A DNA stretch of 64,000 bases from the NCBI GenBank assembly GCA_963775895.1, contig CAVZKL010000009.1:1-64000 (forward strand), given 5' to 3'. Shown here one piece after another: positions 1-6,932 of the stretch. Position 1 is the stretch's first letter; each line of letters opens with the position of its first letter. The translations under genes and the position numbers were made by a program. Under the pieces are notes generated by a model, which worked only from the letters and a program-made list of their open reading frames with translations, did not search any database and was not told the origin of the DNA. The DNA comes from Candidatus Bathyarchaeota archaeon (GTDB lineage Archaea > Thermoproteota > Bathyarchaeia > Bathyarchaeales > Bathycorpusculaceae).

Positions 1-1
1 C

Positions 2-13
2 TAGCGCGCGCTA
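2..13. repeat. Site S1, TAGCGCGCGCTA (perfect 12-bp palindrome)
   Basis: Read directly; sits at the very start of the window. Confidence 0.8.
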
Positions 14-140
14 TTGGTCTTAGGTTCATTATGAGGGGGTAAGTTTTTGAGTGAATTCTACCCCTCGTAGCAGCAACTGACTATCCTATCCTTGTCTTGT
101 TCCACTGGTATCCAAGTGTATCCTGAATTGGGTATACACC

Positions 141-195
141 ATCGTCCGTCGTGGTCGTCGTGGTTCGTGGTCGTGGTCATCGTCGTCCGTCGTCG
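141..195 (+). repeat. Low-complexity (GTC/GTG)n microrepeat
   Basis: atcgtccgtcgtggtcgtcgtggttcgtggtcgtggtcatcgtcgtccgtcgtcg. Confidence 0.6.
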
Positions 196-229
196 TTTTG
201 GTTGGTTGGTTGTTGGGGTAAAGTTTTAT
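196..229 (+). repeat. Direct repeat copy A, TTTTGGTTGGTTGG-(TTGTT)-GGGGTAAAGTTTTAT
   Basis: Near-identical to 1747-1774 apart from a short indel. Confidence 0.75.
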
Positions 230-276
230 CCCACACACACAAAAAAAACTGGTTGAAAAACTGTCAAAAGACTATT

Positions 277-978
277 CTAGCTTGAATGATGCCAGCCGTA
301 TTCTTCATAAATCTTCTTACCGCTGTCGGACACGAGGAAGTCGATGAATTTCTTTGCAAGGTCTTTGTTCTTGGAGAAAGTGATAACCCCTATTGCTGTG
401 CTTCTGTGCACTTGAAGGTCTTTCGGCAACTCTATTCTATCCATAGTTTCCATGTTCAAGTTTTTGAAGGCATTCCATCCAAGAATTGCATCCACTTTCT
501 TCTTGTTGATAAAAGACATCAATTCGCCACATCCATCGGCATAAGCAACGGTATTCTTTCTGATTTGCTCGGCAAATCCAGCTTTAGTTGCTAAATCATC
601 CCAGACTCCAGTCAAACAGCCACTTACAGAAACACCAAGAAGCATTCCTTCTCTTGCCAAATCGGACATTGACTTTATCTTCTTAGGATTTCCAGTTTGC
701 ACAAGAATGGCAGAGGTTCTTGAACCAAGGCTTCTTCTTGTTTCTTTAAGAACTAATCCCTTCAACTGTGCATGGTCAAGTATATACTCTGAACCACAGG
801 TTAACAAGTCGCCTTCTTTAGTTTCTGCGATTTCTTCTATGAGGTTTTCGGCTTTTCCGACAGTAAACTCAAATTCTGTTCCGAATTTTGTTTTGAACTG
901 TTCCGCACATTTCTTTATCGGTGGTGCTACTGCACCAGCGGAAAAAACATGGAGATTGTTTTGTTTCGACATATTCAT
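277..978 (-). CDS. modA: ModA-like molybdate/tungstate-binding protein with no apparent signal peptide
   Basis: LHVFSAGAVAPP start, GNPKKIKSMSDL, C-terminal AKKFIDFLVSDSGKKIYEEYGW typical of ModA; start at 978 or 972 after a GGTG SD. Confidence 0.75.
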   Translation of the reverse strand: MNMSKQNNLHVFSAGAVAPPIKKCAEQFKTKFGTEFEFTVGKAENLIEEIAETKEGDLLTCGSEYILDHAQLKGLVLKETRRSLGSRTSAILVQTGNPKKIKSMSDLAREGMLLGVSVSGCLTGVWDDLATKAGFAEQIRKNTVAYADGCGELMSFINKKKVDAILGWNAFKNLNMETMDRIELPKDLQVHRSTAIGVITFSKNKDLAKKFIDFLVSDSGKKIYEEYGWHHSS

Positions 979-1005
979 TCTCACACCGATCAATTGTATG
1001 AATAT

Positions 1006-1206
1006 TCAACTTTGCATTTCTTTGATTTTCTCTTCGACTGCTTCAAGCTCCTTCTTCAATTCTTCTGCGTAGTTCTTCAGCTTCTCAGTCTTCTCAGCTT
1101 TGGTAAGGAAGCGTCTTCTGTAACCATGCTCATGTCCATGCATACCCCACCCACAATAGTTGTCATGTCTCCCATGATGCATACCACAACCACATTCATC
1201 GTTCAT
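1006..1206 (-). CDS. Small protein with Gly/His/Cys-rich N-terminus and coiled-coil C-terminus (DUF5320-like)
   Basis: CGCGMHHGRH...GYRRRFLTKAEKTEKLKNYAEELKKELEAVEEKIKEM; GAGGTGA SD upstream. Confidence 0.75.
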   Translation of the reverse strand: MNDECGCGMHHGRHDNYCGWGMHGHEHGYRRRFLTKAEKTEKLKNYAEELKKELEAVEEKIKEMQS

Positions 1207-1254
1207 GTATTTGTTTCACCTCACTTTTCGTTTAACTATAGAAAGTAAAGTATT

Positions 1255-1270
1255 TAAACTATCAAGTTTA
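1255..1270. promoter_or_regulatory. Candidate operator palindrome TAAACT-N4-AGTTTA in the divergent promoter region
   Basis: Perfect 6-bp inverted repeat overlapping a TTTAAA TATA-like box between the divergent regulator and the DUF5320/modA genes. Confidence 0.4.
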
Positions 1271-1308
1271 TAGTGTAATAGCCGCTATTGACAGCGAAAG
1301 TGACGGTT

Positions 1309-1716
1309 ATGCAGAACAAGAATGAAGTGGTTTGTTATTGTCCGCTTGAAGGAGTCATAGATGTGATTAGCAAGAAATGGGCACTTCTTATCATAAATGT
1401 AATCGGGAACTACAGTTGTCTCAGATTCAACAAACTCATGGAAGAACTGCATGGCATCAGCCCAAAAACTCTTGCAGACACGCTGAAACAACTTCAAAAT
1501 GAACAGTTGCTCAAAAGAGAGTCATTCGCTGAAATCCCACCTCGTGTTGAATACTCATTGACAAAAGACGGACAAGGGCTAAGAGAAGCGGTGGTGCCTA
1601 TCCTAAAGTGGGCAGCAACGAGGCAAGGCTCCAAAAGGAAGTGCTCCCTATCTTACAGGAAAATGCCCGCACACAGGATAAGAGACAAAGTCACTCAAGA
1701 AAGCACGAAGAAATAG
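1309..1716 (+). CDS. HxlR-family winged-helix transcriptional regulator
   Basis: CP..G..DVISKKW, LRFNKL, ISPKTLADTLKQL, PPRVEYSLT motifs. Confidence 0.92.
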   Translation: MQNKNEVVCYCPLEGVIDVISKKWALLIINVIGNYSCLRFNKLMEELHGISPKTLADTLKQLQNEQLLKRESFAEIPPRVEYSLTKDGQGLREAVVPILKWAATRQGSKRKCSLSYRKMPAHRIRDKVTQESTKK

Positions 1717-1739
1717 AGGACTTTTTTATCAGTCCCTCT
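1715..1739 (+). terminator. Possible terminator after the HxlR gene (T-run in an imperfect hairpin)
   Basis: AGAGGAC-TTTTTTATCA-GTCCCTCT at the stop codon. Confidence 0.35.
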
Positions 1740-1746
1740 TAAGCCA

Positions 1747-1774
1747 TTTTGGTTGGTTGGGGGTAAAGTTTTAT
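1747..1774 (+). repeat. Direct repeat copy B, TTTTGGTTGGTTGGGGGTAAAGTTTTAT
   Basis: Matches 196-229; the pair brackets modA-DUF5320-hxlR. Confidence 0.75.
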
Positions 1775-1912
1775 TTTTTATCAGTTACTCCTCTACCCCC
1801 TCCAGATAACGATGATTTGCATGGTTAATGGGAGTTTTACTCCTCTTTTTGGAGTTTGTTTGGCAGAGAACTAGATTTTCGGGGTGGTTCTGCGTTCAGG
1901 GTGAAACCATGA

Positions 1913-1924
1913 TAGCGCACGCTA
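1913..1924. repeat. Site S2, TAGCGCACGCTA (1 mismatch to S1)
   Basis: Read directly; intergenic. Confidence 0.7.
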
Positions 1925-2033
1925 GTAGCTATGCGTGTGGAGAAAGCTGAAGAAAAGCTAATCAAAGAAGGTTTAGATACTTGGGGTTACATATTAAGCG
2001 TTAAGAATTGTCTGCAATTCCTACGTGAAATGA

Positions 2034-2270
2034 ATGTCGCCTCCAGATGTTTTGATTGAAATCAATCGACCAGGACAAATCTTTGAACGATTTAGAGTTC
2101 ATATCATAAAGAAAAGAAATGTAGAGCCAGAATACTTTAAGGTAGTTCCAAAGACACACCCTGCGTTAGCTATTAAACAGGTGAATGTTGGACTTAAAGT
2201 GAAAGATGAAGATGTTATTCAGTTTCTCAAAAGTTACTACGGAACAGATATCTTGATAAGAACTGTCTAG
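2034..2270 (+). CDS. Hypothetical 78-aa protein whose stop codon is the TAG of site S3
   Basis: Open frame with ATG and an upstream TATA-like TATTAAG; no family recognised. Confidence 0.65.
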   Translation: MSPPDVLIEINRPGQIFERFRVHIIKKRNVEPEYFKVVPKTHPALAIKQVNVGLKVKDEDVIQFLKSYYGTDILIRTV

Positions 2271-2279
2271 CGCGCGCCT
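2268..2279. repeat. Site S3, TAGCGCGCGCCT
   Basis: Read directly; overlaps the stop of 2034..2270. Confidence 0.75.
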
Positions 2280-2328
2280 TAAGGAACCGCGAGCGTGATG
2301 GGAAGCTTTGGTACAATAGGCATCATTT

Positions 2329-2394
2329 CTACTTCATTGCTTCTTTCTTCTTTTTTTCTTCTTTCATCCTTTCTTTCTTTCTTTTAGTTGTCAT
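2329..2394 (-). CDS. Putative 21-aa Lys/Glu-rich micro-peptide MTTKRKKERMKEEKKKKEAMK
   Basis: Hand translation; GAAGGTGA SD 4 nt upstream of the ATG; the only ORF I found between S3 and S4. Confidence 0.45.
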   Translation of the reverse strand: MTTKRKKERMKEEKKKKEAMK

Positions 2395-2476
2395 CGCATC
2401 ACCTTCTATTTACCATTTATCTCTAACAATTTCGTAGACTTGTTGTAAAGAATATCTATTTCTATGTTTCCTTGCT

Positions 2477-2490
2477 AAGCGCGCGCGCTA
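2477..2490. repeat. Site S4, AAGCGCGCGCGCTA
   Basis: Read directly; its CTA is the minus-strand TAG stop of the integrase remnant. Confidence 0.8.
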
Positions 2491-2681
2491 ATTTCTCTTT
2501 TTGAACAGCGTTGTTTCGTTATGGGTGCAGACGTAATCAAATCCTGCTTCGATGAGTTTTTGGCCTCATCGCCATTACTGGCCACTGCTGAGCAGTACTC
2601 ATCGCTCTCAAACTCTACTAGCTACGTGTAGATCTAGGTATTCGCGATGTTCTTGTGCCTCAACAACATCACGTCCAGCAC
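2488..2681 (-). pseudogene. Decayed tyrosine recombinase/integrase C-terminal fragment
   Basis: Hand translation VLDVMLLRHKNIANT*IYT*LVEFESDEYCSAVASNGDEAK, frameshift, LIEAGFDYVCTHNETTLFKKRN*; matches box II LLGHxxxxxTxxYT including the catalytic Tyr (2628-2630); two internal TAG stops. Confidence 0.8.
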
Positions 2682-2780
2682 GCGCTTGAACCTTAACGTG
2701 TTTATGATGCTACAATAAATCTAATGTTCCACATTCGCTTCTAATGGCACACTCCTGCAAACCAGACCCTGAAAAAGGAA

Positions 2781-2792
2781 GAGCGCGCGCTA
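2781..2792. repeat. Site S5, GAGCGCGCGCTA
   Basis: Read directly; left border of the ABC-exporter module. Confidence 0.8.
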
Positions 2793-2885
2793 ATTTTGCG
2801 CCCGCCCAACCATAAAAAGAAAGACCTAAATCGTGGTTGGTTTTTCTGAACCGTTTATTCGTTTGACTGAGGTGCTTGGTGGAAT

Positions 2886-3881
2886 ATGGAGTTCGCTGTT
2901 GATGTTAGAGGGTTAACAAAGGTTTATGATGGTAAGGTAAGGGCCCTAGATGGTATTGATTTGCAGGTCGGGGCCGGTAGGGTTTTCGCTTTGCTTGGCC
3001 CTAACGGGGCTGGCAAAACTACTCTGATGAGGATCTTAACCACGCAGCTCAAGCCCACTTCTGGCGAAGCTTACGTTTTCGGACTAGATGTTGTCCGTGA
3101 GAACGCTGAAATTAGGAGGCTTGTTGGCTATATTCCCCAAGAAGTGAGTGTCTGGACCGATATAAGTGGCTACGAAAATCTTCTAATCTATGCTAAAATC
3201 TACGGCGTTTCCCCTTCTAAAAGAAAAGAGATCATTAAGGATGCCTTAAAAATAATGGGGTTGAGCGAAGTTGCTAACGATCTCGTTAAGACGTACTCTG
3301 GTGGAATGATAAGAAGACTTGAGACCGCAAGCACTATGCTAATTAAGCCCAAGATTCTGTTTTTGGACGAGCCCACCATAGGCTTGGATCCCTCCGCTAG
3401 AAAGGCTGTTTGGGAGGAACTCACATCTTTCAAGAAAGAATACGGGGCAACAGTCTTCTTCAATACGCACTATATGGATGAAGCTGACCTCTACGCTGAT
3501 GAGATAGCCATAATCAACGACGGGAAGATCGCAAAGCGGGGTACTGCCGAAGAGCTCAAGCGTTCTGTTGGAGGAGAAGTCATTCTATTAAGCGCGGATA
3601 ATAATATCAACGAAGATTGTTTGAACAAAGTTAGAAGGTTGAGCTTGGTCAATGATGTTATCGTAGATGATTCGGAGCTAAGTGTCGTCGTCAAAGACGC
3701 AGAGACGGCTTTGCCTGATATTATGGAGGTTTTGAGAGTAAGTTGCGTTACCGTAAAGAAGATTTCAATAACCAAGCCGACTTTGGATGACGTCTTCTTG
3801 AAGTATGCTGGAACCAGACTTGAGTCTGGTGGCAGAATCAGCGAGGTTAGACAAGTTAGAGGCAGGATCAGGAGGGGATAG
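2886..3881 (+). CDS. ABC exporter ATP-binding subunit (DrrA family)
   Basis: GPNGAGKT Walker A, YSGGM signature, LFLDEPT Walker B, THYMDEA, C-terminal KPTLDDVFL. Confidence 0.95.
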   Translation: MEFAVDVRGLTKVYDGKVRALDGIDLQVGAGRVFALLGPNGAGKTTLMRILTTQLKPTSGEAYVFGLDVVRENAEIRRLVGYIPQEVSVWTDISGYENLLIYAKIYGVSPSKRKEIIKDALKIMGLSEVANDLVKTYSGGMIRRLETASTMLIKPKILFLDEPTIGLDPSARKAVWEELTSFKKEYGATVFFNTHYMDEADLYADEIAIINDGKIAKRGTAEELKRSVGGEVILLSADNNINEDCLNKVRRLSLVNDVIVDDSELSVVVKDAETALPDIMEVLRVSCVTVKKISITKPTLDDVFLKYAGTRLESGGRISEVRQVRGRIRRG

Positions 3882-3883
3882 AT

Positions 3884-4648
3884 TTGATGGACTCTTTGAG
3901 AAACATGCTTGTCATGATTGAACTTGAGCTTCGGAGACTCAAGCACGATAGAACAGAACTCTACACTAGGGCTGTTCAACCTATCTTATGGATCGTCATC
4001 TACGGTCCCATTATGAGCGCCGTCAAGGCAATACCCACTGGCGGTATACCTTATACAGACTACATTACTCCAGGTGTGCTGATACAGTCGACAACTTTTG
4101 TCTCCATCTTCTATGGTTTAACCATCGTCTGGGAAAGGGAGTCGGGCATTTTGAAAAAGCTCCTAGTCACACCTGCCTCGAGATACGCCACTGTCATAGG
4201 CAGGTCGATGGCGTCAGGTGTTAGGGCAATATTTCAAGCCCTAATCATCGTTCCAGTAGCGTTACTCATCGGAGTCAGGTTTGTACCTAATATTGCGTAT
4301 TTTGCTTCAGCTTTTCTGATAATATTCTTTGCTTCCGGAGGCTTTGCAGCAATATCGATCCTCATCGCGTCTTTCATGAAGACTAGAGAAAGATTCATGG
4401 GCATAGGCCAAGCCATAACCTTCCCACTCTTCTTTGCGAGCAACGCGTTATATCCTGTTCAAATGATGCCGCCCATCTTGCAGTGGTTTTCACGCGTTAA
4501 CCCCATGAGCTACATAGTCGACGCTGTAAGGAGCTTGATGATTAGCGGGAACTTGGTCAACCTTCCAATCGATTTGGCAGCCATTGCACTTTTCGATGCA
4601 ATAATGTTTGTCCTAGCCTCAGCAAGCTTCAAGAGGATTATAGAATAG
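3884..4648 (+). CDS. ABC-2 type permease (DrrB family)
   Basis: About 6 TM segments, WERESGILKKLLVTP, NPMSYIVDAVRSL. Confidence 0.93.
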   Translation: MMDSLRNMLVMIELELRRLKHDRTELYTRAVQPILWIVIYGPIMSAVKAIPTGGIPYTDYITPGVLIQSTTFVSIFYGLTIVWERESGILKKLLVTPASRYATVIGRSMASGVRAIFQALIIVPVALLIGVRFVPNIAYFASAFLIIFFASGGFAAISILIASFMKTRERFMGIGQAITFPLFFASNALYPVQMMPPILQWFSRVNPMSYIVDAVRSLMISGNLVNLPIDLAAIALFDAIMFVLASASFKRIIE

Positions 4649-4665
4649 GTCTTGACTTCGAGGAT

Positions 4666-4677
4666 GAGCGCGCGCCA
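4666..4677. repeat. Site S6, GAGCGCGCGCCA
   Basis: Read directly; between the convergent permease and DUF3795 gene ends. Confidence 0.75.
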
Positions 4678-4701
4678 GGCATTTCTATAATTCTCTTCCC
4701 A

Positions 4702-5127
4702 TTACAGCTCTGATTCTTCTTTAGACTTTTTCAGCCTGTCTTCGCATTCTCTCTGGAGCCAGAGCCATTTCTTCCGGTACCAGTCGTTGCTCCATGCTTT
4801 CTTTTGTTCTTCTAGCCATCTTCCTGTTCCGACGGCTCTACGTCTCCTCAGGTTCTCGATGACTGTCAAGTGATGCTGCCACACGGGGTTGTAGCAGAAT
4901 TGTATGAGCCGAGAGCAGGGAAACTCTTCGCACTCGCCGCAGGCTTCAAGACTCCGTTGTTCAACGCAACACTCGTAGATGTCGCATTGCTTGTGATGGT
5001 TTGAAGCAGCGCATGAGTCGCAGTTGCAGCCGCAGCCATGACAGTTTTTGTAGACCAAGTGGTCGATGCAAGCGCCACAGTAGAGACCGCAGGGTGCAGC
5101 TTGTTTGCTGTCTTCGTTTGAAGTCAT
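4702..5127 (-). CDS. Cys-rich DUF3795-like protein
   Basis: APCGLYCGAC, CHGC, CDIYECC, CGECEEFPC, ENLRR motifs; GAGGGAGG SD. Confidence 0.85.
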   Translation of the reverse strand: MTSNEDSKQAAPCGLYCGACIDHLVYKNCHGCGCNCDSCAASNHHKQCDIYECCVEQRSLEACGECEEFPCSRLIQFCYNPVWQHHLTVIENLRRRRAVGTGRWLEEQKKAWSNDWYRKKWLWLQRECEDRLKKSKEESEL

Positions 5128-5250
5128 GCATCCTCCCTCATTCGCTGATGATGGCTCGTTCTTTGCAGTATTTCAACATTGCGACAATGTGAAACAAGTA
5201 GCAGTCCCCGTGTGCTTGATTATTGCGTTTCTCGTCAAGCTTAACTTTAA

Positions 5251-5262
5251 AACGCGCGCGTA
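5251..5262. repeat. Site S7 (divergent), AACGCGCGCGTA
   Basis: (CG)4 core between divergent genes, directly 3' of a TTTAAA box; flanks differ from the consensus. Confidence 0.5.
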
Positions 5263-5285
5263 GTTATAGTTGCCTTGATGAGCTT

Positions 5286-6071
5286 ATGAAGGAAAGCAGA
5301 AAGACCCTACTGGTTCTAGTAATGCTTCTAGTTTGCGTGTTTATTCCATCTTTTGCCGCTGTGCCTTTCTCTCCGCAAGACAGCTCACTTGTGATTAAAG
5401 ACGTCCTGATCCAAACCTCTGCTGCGTACCTGTGGCTCAGCCCAATAATTCACGTTATCACTATTGTACTTCTCATAGCCTTGTATCTATACGGATCGAA
5501 AATAGGCAGAGTTACCGACGCCTTTTTCGGAATCCTGTTCTTCTTCTTTGCTTTCAGCAATCACATCGCTGTGACTGAACACTATGGGCTTGCCGTGATA
5601 ACAGGTAATTTGGTCCCTATTTTTGTCGTGGGCCTGTTCTGGATGTGGGAAGTCTACAGACCCCATAACGAGTATACTTTTGAGAGGCTCCCCGCTTGGA
5701 GATACTGGGTTTTGCCCTTTGTTTTCCTAGCTTTTTGGTCTCCGATAAACGCTAGTCTGAATCCAGACTTCAATCCTTTGTTGGTACTCACATCTTCCTT
5801 TGGAGTGATGTACTGTCCCACCACGCCCCTCATAATAGCCATCCTAACCCTAATCTATCCGAAGGTAAACATGTTTGTTCTAAGAACCACAAGTTTCGTT
5901 GGCCTGGTAATCGGTATGTTTAACGCCATGTCATTTTTCATGATGCCAGGCTATACCTTATGGAATTTGATCCTGCACACACCACTCATATTCATCTCAG
6001 CGTACGGCTTACTCATTCCAATCCTAGTGAAGAAGAATATTCCGCCGGAAACATCGCAAGAGCGAAAATAG
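5286..6071 (+). CDS. Hypothetical multi-pass membrane protein
   Basis: About 8 hydrophobic segments; ATG 5286 preferred over TTG 5223 because of the TATA position. Confidence 0.85.
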   Translation: MKESRKTLLVLVMLLVCVFIPSFAAVPFSPQDSSLVIKDVLIQTSAAYLWLSPIIHVITIVLLIALYLYGSKIGRVTDAFFGILFFFFAFSNHIAVTEHYGLAVITGNLVPIFVVGLFWMWEVYRPHNEYTFERLPAWRYWVLPFVFLAFWSPINASLNPDFNPLLVLTSSFGVMYCPTTPLIIAILTLIYPKVNMFVLRTTSFVGLVIGMFNAMSFFMMPGYTLWNLILHTPLIFISAYGLLIPILVKKNIPPETSQERK

Positions 6072-6148
6072 GATAGAGTTGCAGGCACTAGACGACAAGC
6101 AGACTGCTCCACATTAACCTATCAATGGAATATTGTTAGGTACTATGT

Positions 6149-6160
6149 TCGCGCGCGTTA
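6149..6160. repeat. Site S8, TCGCGCGCGTTA (right border of the island)
   Basis: 6151-6180 matches 2481-2510 at 24/30 positions. Confidence 0.75.
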
Positions 6161-6184
6161 TTTTCGTTTTCTGAACAGCATCAA
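6158..6184 (-). pseudogene. Second integrase 3'-end remnant (LMLFRKRK*), possibly traceable to about 6260
   Basis: Similar to the LFKKRN* tail at 2488-2508, and its stop is also followed directly by CGCGCG. Confidence 0.55.
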
Positions 6185-6386
6185 TGGGCACAACGAATCA
6201 TCTTGCGACAGAATCACAAATTCAAGATCCCATCTCGCCGAGTTCATGAACTAGTTTCTTGAATACAAAGGGTGCCAGAAGAAAAAAACCCGCAAGGGCC
6301 GACACTTCTTGTCTTAGACTTAAATGTAACTTGACATCTCTATCATTTGGACTTAACATATCTTGGAAATCTGGTGGACGACAAAC

Positions 6387-6818
6387 ATGGACGAGATACT
6401 GGAGATACTCAGAAAAACTGCATCAAGAACGCAGAAACTCTTTGACGAAAGCAAAGATCCAGCGTTGAAGAGAATAGAGAGATACGACAGGACACTCAAA
6501 TCAGAAGAGACTTCTGAAGCCCAAAAAGTCCAAGCTTCGATCATGAAGAAAATCGAATATGACCGATTGGAACAATTGTCTTCACAGCTGAGCCTCCTGT
6601 ACATTCTTCAGATGTTTGCTTTCAAAGTTAAAATAGTCCAGATATCGATCGCCAATCTTCAGGAGCAACTTCAAAAATCTGAGTTGCTTGGGAAGACCAA
6701 GGAAATTGAGGACGCAAAGAATGACGTGGAAAAACTGAAGATACTGTTGGAGGCCCAGTACGAGCTGATAAGGCAAATCGGAGAAGGACGAAAAGAGGAT
6801 CTGAACTATATAACCTAG
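6387..6818 (+). CDS. Hypothetical coiled-coil protein
   Basis: Helical E/K/L/Q-rich ORF; GGTGG SD before ATG 6387. Confidence 0.7.
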   Translation: MDEILEILRKTASRTQKLFDESKDPALKRIERYDRTLKSEETSEAQKVQASIMKKIEYDRLEQLSSQLSLLYILQMFAFKVKIVQISIANLQEQLQKSELLGKTKEIEDAKNDVEKLKILLEAQYELIRQIGEGRKEDLNYIT

Positions 6819-6932
6819 AGAATTAGACTGAAAACGACGGCTGACCTGCTTCTTTCAAGAGTCCTCGCTTCAATTTTGTTCTATACTTATAAATTCCCGA
6901 ATAGTCCTTCTTAAAACAGGAAGGACGATAGG

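Larger units (their letters stand above)
1..6184. mobile_element. Accessory island / putative integrase-associated cassette array delimited by (CG)n palindromic sites; probably continues left of the window
   Basis: Eight related TAG-CGCGCG-CTA-like sites lie between unrelated accessory modules, two abut tyrosine-integrase C-terminal remnants, and core genes resume after about 6.3 kb. Confidence 0.65.

Noticed and set aside
1931-2059. 42-aa ORF MRVEKAEEKLIKEGLD... loosely like the integrase tail EAKKLIEAGFD
   Set aside because: Similarity is too short, there is no SD, and it overlaps the promoter and start of the 78-aa ORF.
2622-2636. Pyrrolysine readthrough of the two TAG codons in the integrase fragment
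   Set aside because: The fragment also lacks a start and N-terminus and has the Gly to Arg change; point mutation from TTG/CAG is simpler, and no pyl genes are in the window.
1-6184. Classical integron (attC) or CRISPR array
   Set aside because: No GTTRRRY/RYYYAAC hairpins seen; the repeats are only about 12 bp with 0.2-1.9 kb spacing, and no cas genes are present.
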